Below, piece after piece: positions 54,601 through 64,000 of a stretch of 64,000 nucleotides of DNA (its first letter is position 1; each line of letters begins with the position of its first letter). A program made the translations under genes and the position numbers. Location: contig NW_026262668.1 of the NCBI RefSeq assembly GCF_021869535.1, positions 13,206,001 through 13,270,000 of the forward strand, written 5' to 3'. The notes below the pieces were generated by a model. That model saw only the letters and a list, made by a program, of their open reading frames with translations, did no database searches and was not told the DNA's origin. Source of the stretch: Mytilus californianus (lineage: Eukaryota).

Positions 54601-57600
54601 AAATGGAAAACAAAGTTGACTTCATTAGAAGTATAAACGCTTCTGTCAGAGAGGAAGTATTAAATAAGGTGGAAGACTTCCTCCAACGTTTAATCTGTGT
54701 TGTGGATTCAAGTCTTTGAATACAAGGGAGGTAGTCCATTGTCACTTTATGTAAATATTCAACTGCTTGAAGAAGTTGGTCTGTTTCACTTGGCTGTTCA
54801 GAAAAGTAGTTCCAAAATTGTGGGCCAACTTTTTGTCGCAAATCCTCTTGTAAAGTATCTAGAAACCATTCCTCTATGATGTGTCCTAAATCTTGCTTGC
54901 ATAGAATTTCTACGGCATTCTGGAATTCAACTTCTGTACTGATATATGCCTGGGAAGTCTAAAAAATTAAAATGAGCAACTGTATAAGAGCTGTTCCATA
55001 AAAACATACAAAGGACCCAGGGAAGGCACTTCCTAATCTTAACTATGGGTGGGTGTCATCTATGTTTTTGCATGGTGTAAATGTAAGTAAAATTCTAATT
55101 CGCCTCTATAGGGTGTTACCCCATTTTTTAAAGTGCCTTCCTTGGGTACTATGTATGTTTTAATGGAACAGTCCACAAAAGATGTAGGTTGCACATGACA
55201 GGTTAGTATCAACTCAATACTCTTTCATTTCTACATGTAGTTTCAAATTTAAATTGTTTTTCAAAATCAGGCAATGGTTGTTTAACATGTACTAAGAGAA
55301 TTGTGAGACATCTTACATCACAGAACAAACTAAATGAGACTTCAAAAATATACCAGAGTTTCATCTCAACATGCTCCGTGTTGAAGGCCTCACTGTGACT
55401 TTGAGATGAAGAACAGCATTAAAAGTGCAGCCCCTTTGCTTTTTGTGTGTTTTTTTACTGTGCATGTACTGATTTTGTGTCATGGATGGATACCCCATAT
55501 CCTTTGTTTTTCTATTCTATTAAACTTCTATCCATTGCCATGATTGCGAACAATTAAATTAAACCTTCCATCAAAATTTTCTAAACTGTTTCAGGGATTT
55601 TAAATAATTTTGAACCTAACAGACTTAACAAGGATAGGAACTATATTTAAACGCTAAATTGTAGTTAACTTGATATACACATTTTGCTGCCTGATTAGCA
55701 GGCAATAATACGTAAAAAAATAAATTGTTTCAAACATGGTATGACATGTACATGATGGTACATTTTGGATAACTACATGTATACTGTAATTTCCTCATTC
55801 GTTTCCCATTTCATCATACAAAATCCAGGATAAAAAAAAAACTATCATGTTTCCTTGAACATTTGAGTTCAATCTCAAATTTCAATGAAATCAGCAAATA
55901 ATATTTATTTAAGAAATGAAACTGCAAAAAAAAAAATAGCTAAGCAACACAATGTTGCAGATGAAATAATAGAACTAGTTGGCATGATCGACCCAATCAA
56001 TTTGAACAAGAGATTGTGCATGCAAAAACGAGTGAGAGCAGTTATTTGCTATACAAAGGAAGAGAAGCTGACATGAAAAACATTGTTTAAAAAAAATATA
56101 GAAAACTAGATATGAACTATACTTTTAAGGTAGCACAATACAAAAACAAAACTTTATCCATTTTTCTTTTTAATATAAAAATAAGATGTGGTATGATTGC
56201 CAATGAGACAACTATCCACCAAAGTTCAAATGAGGTGGATGTAAGTAAGTTTTTTGTTACTTCTTAATGTCACAAATATGTTTCCATAAATTGGAATGTT
56301 AATGAGTTTTGATGATAATTAGTTTTTTAAACAAATACAGGTGCTGACTGATACAAAACTAGAACATCAGTGTTTTGTGGTTAATCAATAGAATGATCTT
56401 TGATAGCTTTATGACCACTGACCAGTTAAGAAATTAACGCTTACATTTGTATGTAAAATGATGTGGATTAAGTGGTTTATAGAAAAAAAAAATACTGAAT
56501 TCCAAATAGAAATAAATTTATATATAAAAGCTGCCATAAGAAAAAAAGAAAACTATTACTTTAGGAGCTTTTGAGGGAATCAAAATAAAGTGTGATTTTT
56601 TTTCCAATTTTAATTTTCTTGGAATCTGGCAGGATCCAATACATATGTTTCGCACATGAATAGTGAAATTGGCAGCTTACATAAGTTAAGAAAGCAGTTT
56701 CAGCAACATGGTCTATTGAAGTGTAAAAATCTGGGACAACATACATGTAGACCGTAGTATTAGACAGATTAACGCTTTTGGGTATTTAGCTGAATTTGCT
56801 CCAAATAATCCTAGATCTTGAATAACCTTCCGACATCATGCAACAATCACTTTTTAATTTTGACCTTAAATGATTTTAATAGAGATGCTGTATGTTGCGG
56901 GATCTTGTGTGACTTTAATGGCAGACAAGTGTAAATGTCTGTTCTAAAGGAGTAGGACCAATTCCATTCAGCAAGTAAAGTTGGGGACAATCACCCAAAT
57001 GGGTCATAATATCCCATTTGAGGTATTATAGCCCAAATAGGATATACATTTTGAAATTTTCAGTGCAAAAAAAATAGCAAAAATATTGAAAAGTGCATTT
57101 GTTTACATGCCATGCATGTAGGTCCATAGTAGCAACTTTTGGTTTGCATCTTTTCAAGATAACAAATATGTTGCTAGATTGCTTTGAAAAAACAGCATCT
57201 TTCAAAAGGATCAATCCAATACAGAAAAGTTGCCTTTTATGTAATCATTTGCACTTTGTAATATTTTCCATTAAACCTAAAGAAACTTTTTATGCACAGT
57301 AAATAAATATCCCATTTGGGGTAGTATATCCCAAACGTGATATTATAACCTTATTAGGTGATTGTCCCAAACCTGTTGAAGTATTTGTAGATATGCAAAT
57401 GATATAAGAATTATTCTAGTAAAGATATGCATGATGCATTACTATGTTGACCAGGGCTGAGCCTGAAGCATACAAATTCTAAATGGTTAATATTTAAAAA
57501 GTCCAAATTCATCACTAGAACTGGTATTTAATTTCTTCCTAATACCAATCCACTCATATTAAGAACAATAAAAATTTGTAGTAAAAATAATTGTCTAATT

Positions 57601-59048
57601 TATCACTAGAAGGTACATAACATCTGAATCCGGGTCCGTTTGCTCCCATTCATGTTTACCCCCTTTCACGTTGGCACCCTACATATTTGCACCCCGGGCC
57701 CGTTCACACTCTACACGTTCGCACCCATTTTATTGGTTTTGTGTTAAATAAAGTGTCAATCGTTTTTTGGTTGGTGTATTGCTATAAATATTATTTTGTT
57801 CATTGTTTGAAAATGAAGTGACTTTCTAAAAAATGATTTTTGTGTTGAAATAATTTTTTAATCGTGTTTTAGTTTTTGTATTGTATTGCTCTAAATAAGT
57901 TTTTTTTTCATTGTTTCAAAATAAAGTGACGTTTTTTGTGTTGAACAGTTTTTTAATCGTGTTTAGATTAGTGTTTTGCCTATAAATTATTTGTTTTTTT
58001 TGTGTTGAATATTTTTTTAATGTTAAGATACCAAACCGCTATTAAACTCAACAATAATAACATTTTTAATCTTCATTGTTTTTACTCATACCAAGCTAAA
58101 TACATGCTAATTATAACTACATGCAGAATTTACATCAAAGCTAGTTAAAACAACAATCACGATTTTCAAATACATAACAATAACACCAAATTTAGCTGTG
58201 TAAACACCATATAATTAACAGTAATCATACATAATTAACATATAATAATTAATCATTAAATCAATTTAAAACAATATTTCATTTAAAAATTCCCAAATTT
58301 TTATTTATGGAAATAAAAATATTTTGAAATAAACATCTAAAAAACATCTAATAATTCATCAGGTTTTTGAATTAAAAAAAAATGGGTGCGAACGTGTAGG
58401 ATGCGAACGGACCCAGGGGTCGAACGTGTGGGGTGCGAATGTTAAGGGTGCGAACGTGTATTAAGTGCGAACAGACCCGATACCATAACATCTTCCCAAT
58501 GACGATCAAGTTGTATTTTAAAGTTATCAAGGGTCTTTGCAGACACAACATTTTCAGGTAAACTGTTCCACTCGTTTATAATTCTTCAGGAAAAGTGTCT
58601 TAAATGAAATGATAAATTACATCGAGGCTTTATAAGTTTAAAGCTGTGTCCATGAGTATTGGAAGTCAAAAGACCAAACATTAGTTGGACATGCAAAAAG
58701 TCTCTGCATTAACCATATATGTAGCTTCAAAGTAGGAGCCCAGGCCCCCTTAGATTCGCCTCTGATGTGTAAGTAGAATGCCAAACTATCATTTTAGGGG
58801 TCCCATACTCATATGACTCTCATATGATATAGCTGTATGCCTGTATAGAGCTATTATTGTTTATTTATCAACAAACCCCAACCCTATCACCAGCTCTTAC
58901 CCCCGAAACATTGCCCTCACCCTAAAGTACGTTGCCCCTAAAGTATTATTTTGACTCTAAATAGAAGTGATACTTTTTTTGCTCCAGGTGTTAAAGTGTC
59001 TGTTAAAACAGTCCAAGCTCGGTTGACAATTTCAACATTTGCCGCCAT
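33445..59048 (-). CDS. ANAPC2: Anaphase-promoting complex subunit 2, complete 12-exon gene (773 aa)
   Basis: Exons joined by hand with GT-AG borders and consistent phases: 58974-59048, 54514-54958, 54164-54269, 52081-52213, 44982-45264, 41878-41995, 40857-41032, 39424-39710, 38079-38241, 37548-37643, 36860-37089, 33445-33654 (2322 nt = 773 aa + stop). Diagnostic motifs: EEWFLDTLQEDL, LERVSG, FPESEPAILDLK, RLLHPGVNTSDILTAY, WMPDPVDADP, DIISMLVNIYGSKELFVNEYRTLLADR (cullin homology region), FWSYIVGMLTNL..L..RIHTMLRMF (C-terminal winged helix). Confidence 0.95.
33917..35504 (-). mobile_element. HINE/pearl-like non-autonomous Helentron-related element with an internal ~150-bp tandem array
   Basis: Ends acaagagtgcac..gctgaaatgtctcgcc and (ccg)n-ggatcactatccctatg...gcaggctc.acaaaa; core ccatgaaaatgaggtcaaggtc repeats; near-exact 240-bp internal duplication (34201 vs 34441). 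Family assignment from recalled structure. Confidence 0.75.
35885..36490 (+). mobile_element. Retrozyme-like / non-autonomous Penelope pLTR unit carrying the hammerhead
   Basis: ~68-bp direct repeat tttgttaaaatatactttttcac...gtgctgtatt.agacccc at ~35885-35952 and ~36423-36490 (period 538); no ORF between them. Confidence 0.65.
36194..36237 (+). ncRNA. Minimal type I hammerhead ribozyme
   Basis: ACAUCA-CUGAAGA-GACA(UUACU)UGUC-GAA-AUCUGGAU-A/UGGUGU: intact core, 4-bp stem II, 6-bp stem I (one G-U), quasi-palindromic stem III; predicted cleavage after 36231. Confidence 0.8.
36860..37089 (-). CDS. ANAPC2: ANAPC2 exon 11
   Basis: KWTVEDLSNELQMPATALRRKIAYWQTQGLL...ESAMASAQSQREEELQ; donor GTCAGT. 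Confidence 0.95.
37548..37643 (-). CDS. ANAPC2: ANAPC2 exon 10
   Basis: LVNIDIELKDRTINFNVSPVHAAIIMQFQKQ; tgcag/GTATGT borders. Not in the ORF track. Confidence 0.92.
38079..38241 (-). CDS. ANAPC2: ANAPC2 exon 9
   Basis: EIDVNAMVLSAQFWPAFREE...KGNRTLNWKPHLG; ttatag/GTAAGG borders. Confidence 0.95.
38720..39460 (-). repeat. 50-bp minisatellite made of the ANAPC2 exon 8 3' end plus its splice donor (14 intronic copies plus the exonic original)
   Basis: Plus unit ttacccctctttcaccacttttatttctagcttcagtaactagggtgtac, starting at 38720, 38770 ... 39370, 39420. Confidence 0.97.
39424..39710 (-). CDS. ANAPC2: ANAPC2 exon 8
   Basis: TTSKSRRASDIISMLVNIYGSKELF...FCEVMLKDVADSKRLNTRVTEARNKSGERG, then GTAAGT (phase 0, matching exon 9). 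Confidence 0.95.
39887..40081. mobile_element. ~190-bp MITE with GGGCTGTTCCAT-type TIRs (PIF/Harbinger-like); other copies at 33726-33910 and 54988-55174
   Basis: gggctgtttcat ... atggaacagccc, with shared internal ggg.cc(c)a.g..aag subterminal motifs. Confidence 0.65.
40857..41032 (-). CDS. ANAPC2: ANAPC2 exon 7
   Basis: SRDDTVRCIVSNLTDDG...EDWEKWMPDPVDADP; tttag/GTAAGT borders. Confidence 0.95.
41878..41995 (-). CDS. ANAPC2: ANAPC2 exon 6
   Basis: GVNTSDILTAYIAAIRALRVLDPAGVILELVCHPVRKYLR; ttcag/GTATGG borders. Confidence 0.95.
42599..43048 (+). mobile_element. MITE copy 1 (GG..CC termini, TA flanks)
   Basis: GG.TGAGTACACAGTTAT ... ATAACTGTGTACTCGGACC. Confidence 0.85.
44346..44791 (+). 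mobile_element. MITE copy 2, near-identical to 42599-43048
   Basis: GGTCCGAGTACACAGTTAT ... ATAACTGTGTACTCGGACC; by eye it differs by a 5-bp duplication and a terminal indel. Confidence 0.85.
44982..45264 (-). CDS. ANAPC2: ANAPC2 exon 5
   Basis: WLDTKVLGWL...IIEFPESEPAILDLKLCL...LETRLLHP; gcag/GTGAGG borders. Confidence 0.95.
46637..47687 (-). mobile_element. Second full copy of the same HINE family
   Basis: Same termini and core repeats, fewer units. Partial copies at ~28185-28632 (+), ~29980-30410 (+) and ~51648-51930 (-). Confidence 0.75.
48220..48770 (+). mobile_element. Most complete copy of the abundant Penelope-tail/SINE-like repeat
   Basis: Begins like the RT tail at ~10915-11030 (reverse complement) and ends ...gtctcattggcaatcataccacatcttc. 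Fragments at ~575-660, 1090-1140, 2420-2500, 3220-3390, 4320-4580, 5570-5830, 19835-20010, 41130-41470, 42430-42598 with 44792-44940, 46340-46390, 56170-56250. Confidence 0.8.
49048..51071 (-). pseudogene. Degenerate spliced THAP + DDE_Tnp_4 transposase (ISL2EU/Harbinger-related) in ANAPC2 intron 4
   Basis: THAP: CCVPGC..HAFP..W..AIRR..W.P..VVCNAHF..DY (7-nt insertion frameshift); phase-1 intron ~50212-50857; RLKSTAIPSLF; HFYTGL..QFFMTLMKLR; IID; TFSSYKNRNT.K.LV..TPGGLV; MADKG; HVHIE. Several stops and frameshifts; TIRs not found. Confidence 0.8.
52081..52213 (-). CDS. ANAPC2: ANAPC2 exon 4
   Basis: DDIGILERVSGTAVTNIVHERIKTYVENSCKGNFETSYIDILET; tttcag/GTATGT borders. Confidence 0.92.
52953..53159. 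mobile_element. Tc1/mariner-type MITE (TA TSD)
   Basis: TA|CTGTAAATTCAGAAATTATTG ... CAATAATTTCTGAATTTATAG|TA. Confidence 0.8.
53170..54223 (-). repeat. ~70-bp tandem copies of the ANAPC2 exon 3 3' end plus donor, split by a TIR element
   Basis: cacttacagttttctgttgagattatggaagttagacattatgtgttga... units with donor G at 54163 (real), 54087 and 54018; decayed copies at 53286 and 53211. Confidence 0.9.
53294..53938 (-). mobile_element. Kolobok-like element of the same family, inserted into the exon-3 repeat array
   Basis: TTAA|GGGCATACAATACAGTT ... AACTGTACTTATACCT|TTAA; interior matches 16594-17214 in reverse. Confidence 0.75.
54164..54269 (-). CDS. ANAPC2: ANAPC2 exon 3
   Basis: DSEDDEETSCKGCEQPTETCLCQHIMSNFHNLNRKL, donor GTAAGT. 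Not in the ORF track. Confidence 0.9.
54514..54958 (-). CDS. ANAPC2: ANAPC2 exon 2
   Basis: ttttag acceptor, TSQAYISTEVEFQNAVEIL...IIEEWFLDTLQEDLRQKVGPQFWNYF...TEPDQ, donor GTATAA. Confidence 0.9.
56982..57372. mobile_element. MITE-like element with TIRs, TSD not found
   Basis: gttggggacaatcacc ... ggtgattgtcccaaac, with internal atcccatttg repeats. Confidence 0.5.
57626..58483. mobile_element. Mutator-like foldback element with long repetitive TIRs and a 9-10 bp TSD
   Basis: cataacatct duplicated at 57616-57625 and 58484-58493; arrays of gttcgcac / gtgcgaac in the two arms. Confidence 0.8.
58974..59048 (-). CDS. ANAPC2: ANAPC2 exon 1 (MAANVEIVNRAWTVLTDTLTPGAKK)
   Basis: ATG lies in CAAGATGGCGGC; AW..L..TL.P resembles the APC2 N-terminus. 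The donor GTATCA is phase 0 as required but weak, so the exact 3' border is less certain. Confidence 0.7.
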
Positions 59049-59066
59049 CTTGTCTTATTGGCCAAT
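59041..59066 (-). promoter_or_regulatory. YY1-type motif over the ANAPC2 start codon plus a palindromic double CCAAT box
   Basis: CAAGATGGCGGC (59041-59052, minus) is the canonical YY1 consensus; ATTGGCCAAT at 59057-59066. Sequence match only. Confidence 0.45.
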
Positions 59067-60232
59067 ATATAAAATAATTACTACTGCTCCGGGAAAGGTT
59101 TTGAATAGAAATAGTAAAAAAAAATGTACTTTTACCTTGTACACTTCTGAATTTTTCGATTTCAATGTAACTGTAATGAAAAGCTGTCATTACTTTTTTT
59201 TATATATCTGATAAGAGAAAAAATCAAAAAGTGGTGTACTTGTAGTGTTTTTTTTTTTTTAATCTATATTATATTTTTTTTATCCCAGTACATGAAATCA
59301 GAGACATATGTATTCATTATATGTCTCTTATGAAATGTATTTCTAAATATTGCATCTCTTAGCTCCATTATGCAGTTCACTCCCTAAGAATGTCCCTCGG
59401 CTGAATTTGCTGTTACACCATTGTAATATAAAAAAAGGTTGAACGACCACCAAGGATCCCTTATCATATAAAAATGTTTATCAAACAAATATTTTCTTGA
59501 AAATTTCTTGAAAAAAATCATTTGTTTCTCGAGAGGGGATTCAAAGTTTATTGTTATTTAGTTTTTTTATTTTTGTTAACTATACTAACCTAAGTATTCT
59601 CTTTTATATTAAACATACAAGATCCCCTAATCAGAAGCAGCTGGTATATTTAATTCCAAATGAACTTTTTTGACACCGAACAAATTTCCGATTGTAAAAA
59701 ATTGACTATCAGTGATTTTTTTGACTCAGAAAGTCATTATCAGAATTCCAGGTCATAGAATAATTTATCAATTCATAGAATACTAAACAAAATTATGTAA
59801 ATATAACTTATCTCAAAAATTAATAATTCACGTAACGGTAAGTATTTCAAATGAGATTTATATCCCACTTTGCATTAAAAGGGTCTAATACATTTTTTGT
59901 TGTAGAGATTTTCGAATATTTTTTAATCATTTATAAAAAAGCACACATATTGATATTGTTCCATGACTGCAATTGCAATGTCATTTTTAGTTCTTAGAAT
60001 AAAAAAACAGAATTTATCAGTTATATTGTTTAGATTTCTTATTTTTTAAAGACTTTTTTCTCTGGCACGGGCCCAGATGCATAGCGCATTCTTTTGGTTT
60101 CACCCACAGCGCCACCTATATTAGCAGACGACAGAAATGAACGCGGGGTTAAACAAATGTGAAAAAAAAATGAAAAAGTGGAAAGTCCGTCAAAATTGGA
60201 GAGCGACAGATAGTTACTGATAATTTACAGTC

Positions 60233-60589
60233 ATGTCTGTTAAAGATCTCGACATAAACGATGTTCGCATAGAATTCCAAGCAGAATATGCCCTAAAGTC
60301 GTTAAACATCAAGCCAGAAAAAATTTCCAAATTGTTCAGTTTGGAAGAAACAAAACAACTGTTCATAGATTTCTTTGACAAAGCAGACAACAGAATATTA
60401 GTAATTGCCCAGCCTACTGGTGCACTTAATGCCCTGGTTGAATTTCCTGGAAAGCCCAAAGGAAAGGCTTGCTTTTTTGTGAAGAAAAACAAGGAAAGCA
60501 TTGGAAAAGATGCAAACCTGAGAAATAACCTTTTGTATGGAGATTTATCATATTCTCCTTTAGAACAGTTATCAGCCTTTGTAGATGAG
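60233..60589 (+). CDS. Axonemal outer-arm dynein heavy chain, beta type (DNAH9/11/17 family), first coding exon
   Basis: MSVKDLDINDVRIEF..EY.LKSL..KPEK...FFDKAD...KACFFVKKNKE.IGKD...LLYGDLSYSPLEQLSAFVDE matches the recalled N-terminus of ciliary beta dynein; ends GAG|GTATCC. An AG acceptor just before the ATG suggests an upstream non-coding exon. The gene continues beyond the window and the paralog cannot be assigned. Confidence 0.9.
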
Positions 60590-60654
60590 GTATCCTTCCA
60601 TGTATAACTTACGCAGATCCTGGCCCACTTTTAGGGTGGGTCTTTTCACCACAG

Positions 60655-61286
60655 CAGAGTTCGCGAAAACTTATTTTGACCCGTCGGTCATGGGACCGAC
60701 AAAGCATGATTATTTGTCAGTCCTACAAAATTTTAGCCAGTCCTACAAAACCTGTCAATTTTATCCTGAAATAAAATTAATAACATATTTTATCGAAAAA
60801 TAACTTTATTAATATTAGTTTTATTCTTCGCACCCACAGGCAAATTAACAATGAAGGACCAGTTCAGGTCTTCTGATTGTTCTTATTTAAAGTCATCTTC
60901 ACTATCCATTTCATCATCTGAATCACTTTCTCGGCTGTTACAGTATTTGTTTGCTCCATTGTAGGGTTCAATCGCCGATTGTTTGCCAGGGATGGCTCTA
61001 TGAACAAATTTAGTAGGCCACGTGTAGATCGCCGCTTTGGTTTGTTTATAATAAATCCGTAAACCAGTACCGGAAATTGGCAGCGGGTACATCTGATAAC
61101 CGATGTAAACACTTATTGGAAACAGTTGCGGTACATCTAATAACCGATGTAAAAAAGAGCCGAAATATGCACTTCAACGGCCGTTTTTACATCGGTCATC
61201 GGGACCGGCACTAGCCTTCAAAATACTGGGCCGAGCCTCATTTTGACCGACAGGACCGACAGGACCGACCATTTTCGCGAACTCTG
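60655..61286. mobile_element. CAG..CTG TIR element with a 6-bp TSD (hAT-like)
   Basis: CCACAG|CAGAGTTCGCGAAAA ... TTTTCGCGAACTCTG|CCACAG; subterminal ggaccgac repeats. Confidence 0.8.
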
Positions 61287-61382
61287 CCACAGAACACTGC
61301 CGAACACCCAAAAAACCACAACCACTAAGAAAAAACAGTGATCTTATACAATAAAATCATAAAAAAAATTAAATTATGTATA

Positions 61383-62290
61383 CCGTAGAAAGGCTTGTAT
61401 AGTCCGCGGTTTTATTCTCCAAAATTGGACCTTCCAGACGGGGTGCGGACTATAGAGTACAATAAGCAAGAAATAAGAGAAAAATTTCAATTTCGCGGGC
61501 GAGGTGGTTTGTTTACATTCCGCCATCTTTGTTATTTATATTGTAGAGGGCGCTCTTATCATTTTTCAAACTAATAATTTTATCTCATCCATATTAATAA
61601 GTTATTTCTATTCAATATCAAATTAATACTGATAAATATAAAAACTAAACCTTTCATTACAAATATCTCGTTTCTTTTCAATGCATTGGTTGGAATAAAC
61701 TGGTATCTGCTTGATTGAAACGTTACAAACATAGTGAAAAAGACAACCGTAAACTAGCTTAGAATTTGTAAACTACAAAACGTAATCGGTTATTGTTCGT
61801 TCCGTTTTGGTGTTTCATACTGACTAATATGGTTTGTATTAGCTTAAGACCCTTCAAACATTAATGTGATAGATATATTAAAGACTGTTTTACAAAAGGA
61901 TGGAACTGTTTTACTTTCAAAGTCGTATTATAGTGATATCTGTTATGTACGGATTTCGACTCTCACCGGTTAGTTTCTTCTTTTACACGTGCTTTTTAAA
62001 CTTCCTGTTTAAACATACACAAGTTTCTAAATTGTTTTTTAAGTGAATAAAACTTATTTTAACAATCATGAAGCGTTCTAGAATCATTTACAAGCAGTTT
62101 CAGCTTCTGTTTGATGATGGAAAACAGGTTTTCCCAAGAAAATACCGCAAACGACCGCACAGGATTTGAAATTACCGGAGTTTCATTAGACCTTTTCTAA
62201 CAGTTACAAAAAGTTTTTTTACCTAAAATTTCGTGGGGAGAAGGGGGTGCGGACTATGTACCAGTGCGAACTATACAAGCCTTTCTACGG
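61383..62290. mobile_element. pogo/mariner-like non-autonomous element (TA TSD)
   Basis: TA|CCGTAGAAAGGCTTGTATAGT ... ACTATACAAGCCTTTCTACGG|TA, with inner ggggtgcggactat repeats. Confidence 0.85.
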
Positions 62291-64000
62291 TAATTTTATC
62301 CATTTTTAGATTTTTATGGGCATCATATTTATGTTAAAGTCGATAATCAATATAATCAATTGTGACAGGAGGTGGTCGGTGATGACACCTCCCGGGACTA
62401 GTAGTGGCTAGTACTTCGTCCCTATTCGATCCTCTGAATACCTGATATCAGATTTTGGCAGAATAGAGACACAAATCATATAGAACTCAACAATTTATTT
62501 ACAAATGACTTGAAATGTACAACATTCAATTAGAACAGTCAAACGAAATGAAAAAGAATACTATTTCAAAAGTTAAGTTCAAAAATGAAATGGAAAAGAA
62601 AAGTATTTCAGGTCAAATGAATGAAAATAAAATAGTTATTCAAATCAAAAACTTAGATAAAAAAAGTTACTGTATACTTCGCGTTGTGTTTTAGAATTTA
62701 GAAAATCGTATCAAAATAATGCCAATGTAGTTGCTGTTGAATAACTCCAGTGGAATGATTCATTCCGGCGAGCTGGTATATAGAGAAAGGTGGCAGTGCT
62801 ACACTGCCGGCTCATTTATTCAATGTGGGGAGTGGTTTTCACCCCACCGTAGCAACTCCTGAATAAGTGGTAAGGAAAATCTTATCAATTTCAAAGATAT
62901 AAATAAAAATATGGTATTGAAGAAAACTTGAATGAATTAATATTCATCAAATATATAAAGTAATATGAAATTTAAATACTTTTATAGTTAAATTATTAAA
63001 GCTACTTTGTATTTTAGCCTGTCTAGATCAAATTAAACATAAAATAAACATTTAATTAAGGAAGTACTAATCTGAAACAATTAAAGGGAGACTACCTAAA
63101 CCACATTCATTACATTATATAAAGAAAAACGTCACCGAATTCATCACTATTTTTCTGGATTACATTGTATGTGTATATATATATTTCAAATAAAATTCAA
63201 ATATATTCATAATTAGTAATCAGTTCAGTATCCTCGATCTCTGTTCATCGGTTAGATTTTGATATGTGTCTCTTTTCTAATTATTGGTACAAATATTTTA
63301 TAGAAGAAAAAAATGAAAAAAAAATATATTTGAGGTGTCCAGTGGCAGTGGTGGTTTGCGGAGTTGTGGTGTTATAGACTCTCCTTTTCTGTTCAATGTA
63401 GATATTTGTTCTATTAATCTTATTATTTGTTGAATTAATAACTTAAATATTATATTTAGGTCACATTTATAACGATAAAAGATAAAAAAAAATAAATTTT
63501 GGGGTGTTCCGCAGTATGCGGTGGTGTTCAGTGGTGAAAAGACCTACAGCACTTAGAGCCATGTTTAAAATATATTTTTGAAAATATAGACCAATTTCGA
63601 TATCTTTTTAAGTAAAATGATGTATAACCAGAGTCTAGAGACATATATACATGTTTGTATATATGTCTCTGCAATAAATTACGCAGATTGACGCCAGGTT
63701 GATTGGCGCAAATTATGTTATTGAACATCTTTCTCTTCACGTACATGACGTAAGCAAATGTGACTGAGTTCACAATATTTTTTTCATGTTTTTTGTGACA
63801 GACCAAGGACTGACTGGGTGTAAACTTTTGTAGTCCCTCATTTTAAATCTGCTTACTTTATCATATATAACTGACTCATAACTTGATTTGTTCTTCTTTT
63901 TTGCAGCTTCATTTTGATCTCCATTAATGTCACTTTCCTGAAATTCATGGCAGTGCCCGGCCCCCCTTTGCAAACATAATGAGCCACACTTTTGTTTTAA

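Overview
Strongly AT-rich, intron-rich eukaryotic DNA. The repeat content (Penelope-like tails, Helentron-associated HINEs, TTAA-flanked TIR elements) suggests a bivalve, probably a Mytilus-type mussel (inference). Four genes could be reconstructed by hand: (1) a secreted Gly/Tyr/Asn/Ser-repeat protein on the minus strand (~5.4-8.4 kb) with an in-frame TAA inside its basic tail; (2) a CARD plus coiled-coil gene on the plus strand (13.2-24.7 kb) with a 1-nt frameshift; (3) a complete 12-exon ANAPC2 (APC/C subunit 2, 773 aa) on the minus strand (33445-59048); (4) the first coding exon of an axonemal dynein beta-type heavy chain (60233), head-to-head with ANAPC2. The rest is mostly nested transposon debris. 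Two observations stand out. First, three ANAPC2 exon/intron junctions are tandemly duplicated into their own introns, including a 50-bp array with 14 extra 5' splice donors, each preceded by an in-frame stop. Second, a fully paired minimal type I hammerhead ribozyme sits inside a 538-bp direct-repeat (retrozyme-like) unit in the last ANAPC2 intron. All calls were made by eye and translation, without database searches; repeat boundaries marked ~ are approximate.
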